This document shows, piece by piece, positions 49,390-59,139 of a stretch of 64,000 nucleotides of DNA; positions within the stretch are counted from its first letter, which is position 1, and every line of letters begins with the position of its first letter. Position numbers and translations under genes: made by a program. The notes beneath the pieces were generated by a model. That model was not told the DNA's origin and searched no databases. It worked only from the letters and a program-made list of their open reading frames with translations. This stretch comes from Chloroflexota bacterium (GTDB lineage Bacteria; Chloroflexota; Dehalococcoidia; Lucifugimonadales; Lucifugimonadaceae). Location of the stretch: the NCBI GenBank assembly GCA_002719295.1, contig PBHC01000009.1, forward strand, positions 1 to 64,000. The letters run 5' to 3'.

Positions 49390-50740
49390 TTTTAAAGAAA
49401 TTATTAAGATTTTCAATTAAATAACTATCATACTCAGAAAAGATTGTCCTTAAATCTAGCATTAGCATTCCATTTTCAATCTTACCTAAAATAGGAGTAC
49501 TTAAATTCAATAAATAATTTTCTAATTTCATAATAAATTTATCTTCGTGCATTACTATAGCGATACTATCTAAAGTTGTCTCGGGAAATGTTCCGCCTCC
49601 AATAGTTGATGATGTGTTCTTCAAAGAAAAATATTTATTTGATAATTGTTTTAATATCTTTTCAGCTCTTATTAGTAATTCTTTTTGTTTTATATCAATG
49701 AGTTCCCACGAAAAGATTTTATTCTTTGAATCTTTAGATATATATTTTTTCAAGATTGAATTTAGTATGAATAAATTTAATTTATCTACTCTAGCAGCTC
49801 TAGCCAAAGGATTTTTATTTATTTTTTCAATATAATTTTTTTTGCCTACAATTATTCCACACTGAGGGCCTCCTAAAAGTTTGTCTCCAGAGAATAAAGT
49901 GATATCTGCCCCTTCATTTACACTTTCAAGAATTGTTGGCTCATAAGGGAGTTCAAAATCGGTTGAATCCAAAAAATTCCCAGAACCAATATCATGAATA
50001 ATTGGTATGTTATATTTTTTACCTAATTTACTTAATTCTTTTATTTCTACTTCACTTGTGAATCCTTCAATTTTATAGTTAGATTTGTGAACTTTTAAAA
50101 TTGCTATTGTTTTTTCAGTAATATTGTTTTCATAGTCTGTTATATATGTTTTATTTGTTGTGCCAATATCTACTATTTTTTGGCCAGACATTTTGATTAT
50201 TTCAGGTATCCTAAATCCTCCTCCTATCTCAATAGATTCTGATCTAGAAACTAATATTTCTTTATTTTTACCAAGAGCACTTAAGCAAACTACAAGGGCC
50301 ATAGCTCCATTATTAAATACTGTGGATGATTCACATCCAGTCAAAAGTTCTAATAATTCTGAGGTTTTACTTGTCCTTGACTGTCTTTTTTTTGTATTTA
50401 TATTTATTTCCAAGTCAGAATAGTTAGAAATAAGATTATATATTTTTTTTGAAATATCTTTTGGTATTGGAGATCTTCCTAAATTGGTGTGCAGAATTAC
50501 TCCTGTACCATTAATGACTATTTTTCCATCATTGGTTAACAAATTTTTAACTCGTGAAAAAATTTGATTTTTCAGATCAGTTATTGAAAGCTTTAATTGA
50601 GGATTATTTTGAATTTTTTTTCTAAACGATTTTAATTCAAAGTTTATAATTTTTTTTAGTATGTCTAACCTTACGTCTAAAGTAGAAAACTCATTAGACT
50701 TAAGTAACTCTGTCATACTAGGAATGTTTTTTAATTCCAT
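49376..50740 (-). CDS. selA: L-seryl-tRNA(Sec) selenium transferase
   Basis: NIPS N-terminus, VINGTGVILHTNLGRSP, VSRSESIEIGGGFRIP, GTTNKT, VHKSNY, DIGSG, FSGDKLLGGPQ. Confidence 0.93.
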   Translation of the reverse strand: MELKNIPSMTELLKSNEFSTLDVRLDILKKIINFELKSFRKKIQNNPQLKLSITDLKNQIFSRVKNLLTNDGKIVINGTGVILHTNLGRSPIPKDISKKIYNLISNYSDLEININTKKRQSRTSKTSELLELLTGCESSTVFNNGAMALVVCLSALGKNKEILVSRSESIEIGGGFRIPEIIKMSGQKIVDIGTTNKTYITDYENNITEKTIAILKVHKSNYKIEGFTSEVEIKELSKLGKKYNIPIIHDIGSGNFLDSTDFELPYEPTILESVNEGADITLFSGDKLLGGPQCGIIVGKKNYIEKINKNPLARAARVDKLNLFILNSILKKYISKDSKNKIFSWELIDIKQKELLIRAEKILKQLSNKYFSLKNTSSTIGGGTFPETTLDSIAIVMHEDKFIMKLENYLLNLSTPILGKIENGMLMLDLRTIFSEYDSYLIENLNNFFKNDSI

Positions 50741-50871
50741 AAGAATTTGTTTTAATAAATATTATTACTCTTTTTTTCTATCATAGGAATTGAATGAAAA
50801 GAAGAAAGAGTTTATATTGGTTTAAGCTTTTTATTTAATAGTTACAAAAACTTACAACATTGGAGAAAATA

Positions 50872-51720
50872 ATGGCAACTCAAAGTTACAAAGAAGTTAA
50901 TGCAGAAGAATATATTGTTGAAGAAGAGCCATTCTTCATGCCTACATCAGACGAAATTGAAGTATTTCAAGCTGCTTACAATGAAAGAGTACCAATTCTT
51001 CTAAAAGGACCAACAGGTACTGGTAAAACTCGATTTGTTGAATATATGTCTTGGAAAATAAATAATAACGAAAACAAAGTTAAAGATATACCTCTTGTGA
51101 CAGTAGCCTGTCATGAAGATCTTACTGCCAGCGACTTAGTTGGAAGATATTTATTAGATGCTAAAGGAACCAAATGGATTGATGGGCCTCTAACAAGAGC
51201 CGTAAAATCAGGAGGAATATGTTACTTAGATGAAGTAGTTGAAGCTAGAAAAGATACAACTGTCATTATTCATCCATTAACTGACCATAGAAGAACATTA
51301 AGTATTGATAAACTCGGGCAAGTTATTCAAGCAGATGATGGATTTTTGTTAGTAGTTTCATACAACCCTGGTTATCAAAATGCTGTGAAAGATTTGAAAC
51401 ATTCTACAAGACAACGATTTGTTGCTATAGAATTTGATTTTCCTGATGTAGAACGAGAAACAAAAATCATTTCTCATGAATCAGGTATTGAAGAAGGAAT
51501 TTCTAATCAATTAGCTGTTTTAGGACAAAAAATAAGAAACTTAAGAGAGCATGGTTTAGAAGAAGGTGCTAGTACTAGATTATTGATTTATGCTGCTCGC
51601 TTGATAAAACAAGGAATATCTCCTAAACGAGCATGCCAAGTAGCTTTGACATGGGGAATAACTGATGAGGTACAAATTCAAGAAACTGTTGATCAAATAG
51701 TTTCTTCAATTTTTGAGTAA
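50872..51720 (+). CDS. CbbQ/NirQ/NorQ family AAA+ ATPase
   Basis: LKGPTGTGKTRFVEYM, VACHEDLTASDLVGRYL, CYLDEVVEARKDT, HPLTDHRR, SYNPGYQ, STRQRF, STRLLIYA; GGAG Shine-Dalgarno before ATG 50872. Confidence 0.93.
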   Translation: MATQSYKEVNAEEYIVEEEPFFMPTSDEIEVFQAAYNERVPILLKGPTGTGKTRFVEYMSWKINNNENKVKDIPLVTVACHEDLTASDLVGRYLLDAKGTKWIDGPLTRAVKSGGICYLDEVVEARKDTTVIIHPLTDHRRTLSIDKLGQVIQADDGFLLVVSYNPGYQNAVKDLKHSTRQRFVAIEFDFPDVERETKIISHESGIEEGISNQLAVLGQKIRNLREHGLEEGASTRLLIYAARLIKQGISPKRACQVALTWGITDEVQIQETVDQIVSSIFE

Positions 51721-51723
51721 GAT

Positions 51724-52311
51724 TTGAATCAAGAAAAGTACAAAACCTTAAAAAAACTAATTGATGGAAGAACTTCTGAAAAAAATATTTTTGAAGAGAG
51801 TGAATTAATGGTAGCTGCTGTTAGTATCTTAATTGAAAAGGATAATCCTGATTATCCAATCTATATGATAAAAAGAGCTGATGAAGGAAAGCATGCATTA
51901 GAATGGGCTTTTCCTGGAGGAAAAATGGAAAAAACAGATTTGGATCTAAGCCATACTGCTACTAGAGAAACAAATGAAGAAATAGGTGCAGATATCAAAG
52001 ATTTTGAGCTTTGGGGAGAATTAGAACCAGTAATGACTCTTGGAACTGGATGGGCGATTCAACCTTTTGTTGGTGAAATATCTCATAACCCTTCCTTAAA
52101 TAAAAATGTTGAGGAAGTAGAAGAAATTGTTAAAATTCCTCTATTTGAACTAATTAAAGAATCAAATAAAAGATACGTCTCTTTTACAAGAGATGAAAAT
52201 AGAATTGATTCTAGGGCATATGCTTTTGAAGATAAGTTAATATGGGGAGCTTCAGCAAGAATGATAATGCAAATTTCTGATCTTTTGAGCAAGAAGGTGA
52301 AAAATGGATAA
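51724..52311 (+). CDS. Nudix hydrolase, CoA pyrophosphatase-like
   Basis: AAVSIL..KRA..H..EWAFPGG, Nudix box GGKME...RETNEEIG, IWGASAR. Confidence 0.85.
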   Translation: MNQEKYKTLKKLIDGRTSEKNIFEESELMVAAVSILIEKDNPDYPIYMIKRADEGKHALEWAFPGGKMEKTDLDLSHTATRETNEEIGADIKDFELWGELEPVMTLGTGWAIQPFVGEISHNPSLNKNVEEVEEIVKIPLFELIKESNKRYVSFTRDENRIDSRAYAFEDKLIWGASARMIMQISDLLSKKVKNG

Positions 52312-55300
52312 CATTTCAAAATACACTTCAGAAAAAATAAAAAGATTATTAAAAGCATATCCAGAAGATCTTTCTAAAAAATATTTAGAATCAAGACAAG
52401 TCCTTGAAACAAAGTTACCTGAAGAAATTCTTTCTCAATGGGAGAATATTGGATTAGATATAGCACAACTTTCTTCAAGATCTTGGGAACCATCATTGTC
52501 ATATTTTTCTTCTTCAGTCAAAGTTCAACAATATTTGCCTTCAGGTCAATTTTTAGGCTGGTGTAAATCTGGATATACACTATCTAAAGATTCTAATAAA
52601 ATATCTGAAGCCTTTTTGAATGCCAGTTCTCAAACTATGGTGAGATTGAGACCAAGGTATATAGAAGAATGGGTTAATAGAGTAACTAAACTTCACAAAG
52701 GAACATGGAAATCAACAAATCTAACCTGTAAATTATTTGAGTATACTCCGATAATTCTAGAAACACTGACATTTGATCAATTTTGTAAGCTTTCTGATTT
52801 TATGGAAATTTTATCTAATAGATCTTACGACTTAGCCAATGAAATCCTTGAGTCATCTTTGGAAATCTATTCTTTAAGCTTTCAAGAAATTGATGAGTTG
52901 ATTCATTTGTCTGTTCTTATAACTGAAAATGAATGGAGAGATATAAAGCCTACCTATGAAATTATAAAAGATCAAATATCTAAATTACCTAATGCACATA
53001 CAAAAATAACATTTGATATGACCAGAAGAATGCATGGACTTTCAGGGTTTAAAATCTCTGAATTTTTACAATTACTAATAAGGACGTTATCTTTAGCAAA
53101 TAAAAATGATAACGACCAAATCCTGCAAATGACACAACAAGTTGTAAATAATGTACCAGTTGCTACTTTAGATTTCTTAAAAAACATACCAAGGCTGCTA
53201 GATACATTGGATATTGATCAATTAGACCAGTGGAAGTCTCAAGGAATTAGACTTGCAATTGACCAAGATACAAATACTGCTCCTGCTACACAATTTTTTA
53301 AGTTACAATCTAAAGAATCTCAAGACCTGATTGATAGAATTTCTTCAAGCGTAGAATTGTCTAGAATTAAGGACTTAATGAAACTATACTGCACAGCTCT
53401 ATCTGGAGAAGATGTTTTAGTTTCTGGATCAAAAAATATAACTGAAAAAAATATTGGATGGGGAGAATCTGATTTAGCAACCTCAGATGGAAAGACTATA
53501 TATTTGCCAGATGTAATAAAAAGATACAACAAAAAAGATGAAAATTTCAACTTTTATAAAGTTTTGGCATCTCATCAACAAGCACTTACTGAATATGGAA
53601 GCTATAAATATGATCATAATTTAGAACCTATTAATCCAAAATCAAACGCAATATTTAAAGCGCTATTAAAACAAATCAACGATTCTGATGAGGATCATGC
53701 AACAAGAATTGCAAAAGTTTTAAGAGGTTCATATCCATTCAAACATGACCCTACATTAGCGGACGATATTTTTAGTATAGTCGAGGAATATAGAGTTGAT
53801 CAATTAATTCTTAAAAGATACCCAGGACTTAGAAAATTTTACAAAAAAGTTCAGTTAGAAGAACTTGAAAACAGAAAAAATAAAGACAGTGAAAGCGACA
53901 AAAAACGAAGAGAATTATTTGTTGAGAAAGTTTTACGTTTTACTCTTGGTGATGATGATAGACATGTTCCAAAAGGAACAAAATCAAAATTTGAAGAAAT
54001 AGTTAGATATCTAATGACATTATCAAAAATTTCTAATGACAAAGTAAAATCTGTTGAAGACTCAATGGCTGTTTCATTTAGATTATTTTCACTTATTAGA
54101 GATATAAAAAATGATGATATTGAATCAGATGAAGCACAAGAAGAAGCAGATGAAATTAAAGATGAAGACTTAGATGATTCAGATGATAAATTTGAAGATG
54201 AAGAAATTGTGAATGATATGATTTCATATTTTTCTGGAGGAGAAGGTGAAGCAGGAGAAGGAGAAGAATCAGAGGAAAGTTCAATTAATCCTCCTGATGA
54301 AGGTGATTATCAATCACCTGATCCTGTTGAATACCAAGGTGATTTTAAGCCTGAATTAGGACAACTTCTTACAGAAATGCTAACTGTGAGCGGTGACGAA
54401 ATGCAGGGAGAAGGAGAAGAGATGGAAGGTTTGACTCAAGAACAAATAGAAGAGTTGATTCAAAATTCTCCAGATTTAGAAACAAAAGAGTCTGATGAAA
54501 ACCAAGAAATGACAGAAACTCCAAATCAAGAATTGTTAGAAAATCTAATGAAAGAACTTAAGAATAGAGATGTGGATAACAATTCCTTTACTGGTGGTGA
54601 ACCTACTCATGTTGATGAAGACGGAGGCCCTTTAGAAGCAAAAGAACCTGATACATTTACTTATGATGAATGGGACTTTAGAGATGTTGAATATAAGCCT
54701 AATTGGTGCTTACTTCATGAAAAAAAACTTCCAGATGGTGAAGCAAACTTTTATAGAGAAACACTTACTAATAATTCAAATCTTGTTCACCAAATTAAGA
54801 AGCAATTTGAATTATTTGTTCCAGAACAATATAGAAAACAAAAACGTCTTGAAGATGGAGAAGAAGCAGATTTAGATGCAGGAATAGAAGCTCTTATAGA
54901 TCTAAGATCTGGAGTAACTCCTGATGAAAAGATTTATTGGAGAAGAAACAAAACGGAAAGATCTGTGGCCGTCGCATTATTAATTGATATGAGTGCATCT
55001 ACAGCTGAAGCAATTGATGATAGTACTAAATCTAGTTCAGATGACTGGGGTGCTCCTGATGATCCTGTGGAGTATATGGTATGGCTTAGATCAAGAAGGG
55101 CAGAAGGACTTAGAAGATCTTATAAAAGAATTGTTGATGTCGAAAAAGAAGGAATAGTATTAATGGTGAACTCCCTAGAAATGCTAGGAGATGATTATGG
55201 TATTTATGGTTTTTCTGGATATGGAAGAGAAAATGTTGAGTTTTATACTATAAAAGATCTTGATGAAAAATTTAATGATTCTATATCTGGAAGAATAGAT

Positions 55301-55651
55301 AGAATTGCTCCTTTACACGCTACAAGAATGGGTCCTGCAATAAGACATACTATTACTAAATTAGAAAACCACGAAGCAAGATCTAGGATTCTTTTTCTTG
55401 TAACCGATGGAAGGCCTCAAGATAGAGGTTATTCAAGAGAAGGTGTAGAGAAGGAATATGCAGTATATGATACTAGACAAGCTTTAATTGAAGCAAGACA
55501 AAAAGGAATCACTCCATTTTGTCTTACTGTTGATAAATCAGGACATGATTACCTTAAAACAATGATGGATGATTTACCATATGAAGTTTTATCAGATATT
55601 TCTATGTTGCCTGCTAGACTTCCTGAATTATATCGAAAGATTTCTACTTAA
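52304..55651 (+). CDS. Large CbbO/NorD-like VWA (MIDAS) adaptor protein
   Basis: SDGKTIYLP, EEYRVD..YPGL, acidic linker, YDEWDF..YKPNWC, EDGEEADLDA, MIDAS DMSAST, TRMGPAIRH, TDGRPQD. Confidence 0.9.
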   Translation: MDNISKYTSEKIKRLLKAYPEDLSKKYLESRQVLETKLPEEILSQWENIGLDIAQLSSRSWEPSLSYFSSSVKVQQYLPSGQFLGWCKSGYTLSKDSNKISEAFLNASSQTMVRLRPRYIEEWVNRVTKLHKGTWKSTNLTCKLFEYTPIILETLTFDQFCKLSDFMEILSNRSYDLANEILESSLEIYSLSFQEIDELIHLSVLITENEWRDIKPTYEIIKDQISKLPNAHTKITFDMTRRMHGLSGFKISEFLQLLIRTLSLANKNDNDQILQMTQQVVNNVPVATLDFLKNIPRLLDTLDIDQLDQWKSQGIRLAIDQDTNTAPATQFFKLQSKESQDLIDRISSSVELSRIKDLMKLYCTALSGEDVLVSGSKNITEKNIGWGESDLATSDGKTIYLPDVIKRYNKKDENFNFYKVLASHQQALTEYGSYKYDHNLEPINPKSNAIFKALLKQINDSDEDHATRIAKVLRGSYPFKHDPTLADDIFSIVEEYRVDQLILKRYPGLRKFYKKVQLEELENRKNKDSESDKKRRELFVEKVLRFTLGDDDRHVPKGTKSKFEEIVRYLMTLSKISNDKVKSVEDSMAVSFRLFSLIRDIKNDDIESDEAQEEADEIKDEDLDDSDDKFEDEEIVNDMISYFSGGEGEAGEGEESEESSINPPDEGDYQSPDPVEYQGDFKPELGQLLTEMLTVSGDEMQGEGEEMEGLTQEQIEELIQNSPDLETKESDENQEMTETPNQELLENLMKELKNRDVDNNSFTGGEPTHVDEDGGPLEAKEPDTFTYDEWDFRDVEYKPNWCLLHEKKLPDGEANFYRETLTNNSNLVHQIKKQFELFVPEQYRKQKRLEDGEEADLDAGIEALIDLRSGVTPDEKIYWRRNKTERSVAVALLIDMSASTAEAIDDSTKSSSDDWGAPDDPVEYMVWLRSRRAEGLRRSYKRIVDVEKEGIVLMVNSLEMLGDDYGIYGFSGYGRENVEFYTIKDLDEKFNDSISGRIDRIAPLHATRMGPAIRHTITKLENHEARSRILFLVTDGRPQDRGYSREGVEKEYAVYDTRQALIEARQKGITPFCLTVDKSGHDYLKTMMDDLPYEVLSDISMLPARLPELYRKIST

Positions 55652-56624
55652 AAAAAGATAGGATTTTGTCAGCCCATTCTTTTTCTATCAGAATAACGTC
55701 TTTTGTTTCTGCTGCTACTGCAAAATAACCAGTATCTTCTTCATTCAAATTACCGATACTTATTGAAGTGTTATAAAGAGTATTTACTCCAAATTGATCC
55801 CTTGAAATAGTTTTTATATCAACATATGGCGCATCTAATCCTAGTCCATATTTTGAATAGTCTTCAGCAAACATCATATTCAACTGTACTGAATTTAATA
55901 TATTTAAATCAGAAAAATCTATTAGAAAATTTAAAATAGGTTCAGGTTCAACTTTTTCATCTCCTAGACAAGGAGAACTTGATAAAGGAATATAACAAGC
56001 AAACCAATCAGTTCCCTTTTTGCTGAAAGCTTTTATAATCTCACCATTATTAATCAATACAACTTCGACTACTTCCTCTGTGTTGATTTTATTCATCCAT
56101 TTTGGATAAGGAGGTTCCTCAACAAGTCTTGTTAAAACATTTTTCCATGTTGCATCAACCATAACTAATTTTTCATCTCCCTCAAGATAAGCATAATTAT
56201 TAGTTAAATCTGGAGTTTCATTTCCTATGAACAATGTTCTTTTATCTCCACTATCAAGAAAAATAGATATTTCTGTTGCAGGATTGTCTAATCCATACTT
56301 AGCCTTATCATCTATATTTTCTGAAATAGTTCTATATAGCTTAGGTCCTTGTAAAAGATCAATAATTCCTCCCCATCTATATGAATCTGCAGGAATTCCA
56401 TTAAGTTGATCAAAATACCAAATATTATCTTGTAGATGCCAACTAAGTTTTTTGGAGTTATTCGTGATTGAAATATTTCTAATATCTCCTGAGGATATTC
56501 TGTAAAAGTATGAAATATCTACTTCTTCTTTTTCTTCTCCAATATCAGATTGAAATATAAGAACACCGAGAACAGAAAACCAGGATAGAAGAATTATTAA
56601 AATTAATGTAATTCTTAGGTTCAT
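55644..56624 (-). CDS. DUF4340-domain membrane-anchored protein
   Basis: N-terminal TM segment; two YGLDNP/YGLGLDAP..IGN repeats; follows the GldG-like gene; ATG at 56624. Confidence 0.7.
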   Translation of the reverse strand: MNLRITLILIILLSWFSVLGVLIFQSDIGEEKEEVDISYFYRISSGDIRNISITNNSKKLSWHLQDNIWYFDQLNGIPADSYRWGGIIDLLQGPKLYRTISENIDDKAKYGLDNPATEISIFLDSGDKRTLFIGNETPDLTNNYAYLEGDEKLVMVDATWKNVLTRLVEEPPYPKWMNKINTEEVVEVVLINNGEIIKAFSKKGTDWFACYIPLSSSPCLGDEKVEPEPILNFLIDFSDLNILNSVQLNMMFAEDYSKYGLGLDAPYVDIKTISRDQFGVNTLYNTSISIGNLNEEDTGYFAVAAETKDVILIEKEWADKILSFFK

Positions 56625-56625
56625 T

Positions 56626-58374
56626 TTATCTTCTTCGCCACCAGCTAATAAAGCCTCCAATTGTAACTAGAGTTGGCATCAAAAGCCAACCACTCCATCT
56701 TATAAAATCTCTTTCACTTTTTGTTAAAACTAATTCTCTATACGCTTGTGTTTTTGGTCTTATTGAAATCAATTCAAAATCTTTAGCAAGCCAGTTAATA
56801 CTATTTATAAAAAGATCACTGTTTTTTGCTGAACCAGAATATTTGTTAGATGCAAAATCCGTGTCTCCAACAACTACTATTGAAGTTTGTGCAATAGTTC
56901 CATCTTCTTTTTCTATTGGAGTTTTACCTAACTCTGAAATAGCTTCTACGGCTAAAATTGTTGGAAATGGTCCTAAAATGTCAGTTTCTACATCATACCT
57001 TAAATCTTCTACATCAGAGACTTTTTGAGCCCAGCTTTCTAATGTAGTAAACGCTAGTGGAACATGCTTGAGATAAGGTTCTCCATTTTCAGAAACTGGA
57101 ACTGTATCAGGACTTATAGTTGATGCCAAAAAAGACGAACCTGGTAGGTAAAGAACATCAAAATCAGTTGTTATCTCATGAATTGGCAATTGTCCATTTG
57201 TCTTTTTTATTTGCAAATAATTAGGCTTAGGAGCAACAAAGCTTGCCATGTCAAAAACTGTTCCTTCTCCAACTGCTACTCCATATTTATATAGAAAGGT
57301 TTTTACACCATCAGGTGTGGATTCTGGTTCTATCAACATTAGCAAAGTACCACCTTGCCACAAATATTCAGAAATTATTGCAGAGTCTTGTAGTGTGAAA
57401 TCTGATTCTGCTCCTGCAATTACGACAACTGCAGGAATATTATTTTCTGATAAAAGAATAGCTAATTCTTGAGATGTAGATGAAAGAACTTTATAGTTTT
57501 GAGCTAGTAAATCTGTATATATTAATCCCATCCCTGATGAGTTTGGATCAAAGTCTGTTATGTTTCTTTCCCCATGTCCTGTTAGAAATATAACTTGTTT
57601 TTGTTTTATTTGGTTTACGATTAATAATCCTGTAATAATATCTTGTTCTGTAAATACATTTTCCTCTATATCTGGATTTCTTCCTGGAATTATTTGAGAT
57701 CTTCTAGAATCCATTGCTTCAACAACTATAGAAGGGAATGTGTTTACGCCATAATTTGAAGCTGCATTTGGATCAAGTTCAGGATCAATTTTTTCATAAT
57801 CTAGGCTGACTTTTTTTGATCTACGCTTAAATTCAAGTAATAGGTCTTCAGTTGCTCGCCAATCAGCATTTTTTTCAGGTGTATTTGTGGCCATAAAAAC
57901 AGTAATTTTTACATCTTCATTTAAATTTCCTATAACCTTAATTGCTTGATCTTCAAGTATAAATTGTTTGGTTGCAGTAGTATCTATTCTCATCCATTCT
58001 GGAGAATCTGGTCTTCCTGATAACCAAAATAACAATGCATTTAAAATAATAATTAAGCTTAATGATGCAAGGAAAATTATAGATGTATTTATTCCATATC
58101 TTCCTCTTCTGCCAAATATAAAAAATATTATATTTCTCCATGAGATAAAACCAATTAATAAACTTAGAATTATTCCTGCTAACATCATCCAAAGCCCAAT
58201 TATTGATATGTCTCTAAAAAATATCCAAACAAAAAATCCTAATAAAACAGATGAAATAGAAGCAAGAACCATTCCTTGTCTTATAGATGTTATATTTTCT
58301 TTGATTTCATCAAAAAGTTTTTTGAAATTAAACTTTGTAGATTCCATAGATGGTCTTTTATTATCCATACTCAT
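56626..58374 (-). CDS. GldG-like ABC transporter auxiliary component
   Basis: 3 N-terminal TMs, RIDTT..QF.L, DPELDP, FLTGHGE, VVGDTDF, NSINWL, C-terminal TM + WWRRR. Confidence 0.85.
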   Translation of the reverse strand: MSMDNKRPSMESTKFNFKKLFDEIKENITSIRQGMVLASISSVLLGFFVWIFFRDISIIGLWMMLAGIILSLLIGFISWRNIIFFIFGRRGRYGINTSIIFLASLSLIIILNALLFWLSGRPDSPEWMRIDTTATKQFILEDQAIKVIGNLNEDVKITVFMATNTPEKNADWRATEDLLLEFKRRSKKVSLDYEKIDPELDPNAASNYGVNTFPSIVVEAMDSRRSQIIPGRNPDIEENVFTEQDIITGLLIVNQIKQKQVIFLTGHGERNITDFDPNSSGMGLIYTDLLAQNYKVLSSTSQELAILLSENNIPAVVVIAGAESDFTLQDSAIISEYLWQGGTLLMLIEPESTPDGVKTFLYKYGVAVGEGTVFDMASFVAPKPNYLQIKKTNGQLPIHEITTDFDVLYLPGSSFLASTISPDTVPVSENGEPYLKHVPLAFTTLESWAQKVSDVEDLRYDVETDILGPFPTILAVEAISELGKTPIEKEDGTIAQTSIVVVGDTDFASNKYSGSAKNSDLFINSINWLAKDFELISIRPKTQAYRELVLTKSERDFIRWSGWLLMPTLVTIGGFISWWRRR

Positions 58375-58375
58375 A

Positions 58376-59137
58376 TTATCTCCATCTCCTAGATTCTAAA
58401 ATTACAATAGTAAGTAGTAAAAATACTATTGTTACAGATAAGTAAAAGATAACATCAACAAGTGAAAAAATTCCTCTAGAAAAATCTGCAAAATGTCCAC
58501 TTTCAGCAACTCCTAATGATCCTAAGTCGAAAACTGAAAAGGAAGCTCCTAATTGTAAAAAGCTTAGTATTTCGCTACCCATTCCTGTAACTCGATTTGA
58601 AATGAAATCAATAATAGTCAAACTAGTTAATATCCCAGATCCAACAATAAGCCCAACAATCTGATTTGGCGATAAAGACGAAGCAAATAATCCTATAGCA
58701 AGAGTAGCAGAAGAATAAAGAAGTAAACCAAATATCCCATTAAGTAATGGGCCTGTATCTGGGTCTCCAAAAATATATAAAAGGACTACAAAATATAAAG
58801 AAAAAATTATCATTACAAAGACTGTTGTAAGAGATGCAAAAAATTTACCTAAAACTACTTCAACTTCCTTTACCGGTGATGTAAGCAGTAATTCTAATGT
58901 ACCTAATTTTTGTTCTTCTGCAATAAGTCTCATGGTAATGGCAGGAGACATAAATATCATAAAGAATGTTGCTCCAGCTAAGTAACCTCTAATAGTTGCC
59001 TCCGAAAATGCGTCAGAAACAGACGCTACGAAAAAAAACCCAGTTATTGCTAAATATGCTGCTGAAACAATATAAGCCATAGGTGAAGCAAAATAAGTCT
59101 TTATTTCCTTCATAAGTATTATGTATATATTTTTCAT
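58376..59137 (-). CDS. GldF-like ABC permease
   Basis: KEIKTYFASPMAY, PAITMRLIAEEQKLGTLELLLTSP, VLGKF, NQIV, ESRRWR; ATG at 59137. Confidence 0.88.
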   Translation of the reverse strand: MKNIYIILMKEIKTYFASPMAYIVSAAYLAITGFFFVASVSDAFSEATIRGYLAGATFFMIFMSPAITMRLIAEEQKLGTLELLLTSPVKEVEVVLGKFFASLTTVFVMIIFSLYFVVLLYIFGDPDTGPLLNGIFGLLLYSSATLAIGLFASSLSPNQIVGLIVGSGILTSLTIIDFISNRVTGMGSEILSFLQLGASFSVFDLGSLGVAESGHFADFSRGIFSLVDVIFYLSVTIVFLLLTIVILESRRWR

Positions 59138-59139
59138 AA

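Noticed and set aside
50872..55651. Evidence for Calvin-cycle carbon fixation or denitrification
   Set aside because: No Rubisco, phosphoribulokinase or nor/nir structural genes in the window; tkt/tal/rpiB are general metabolism
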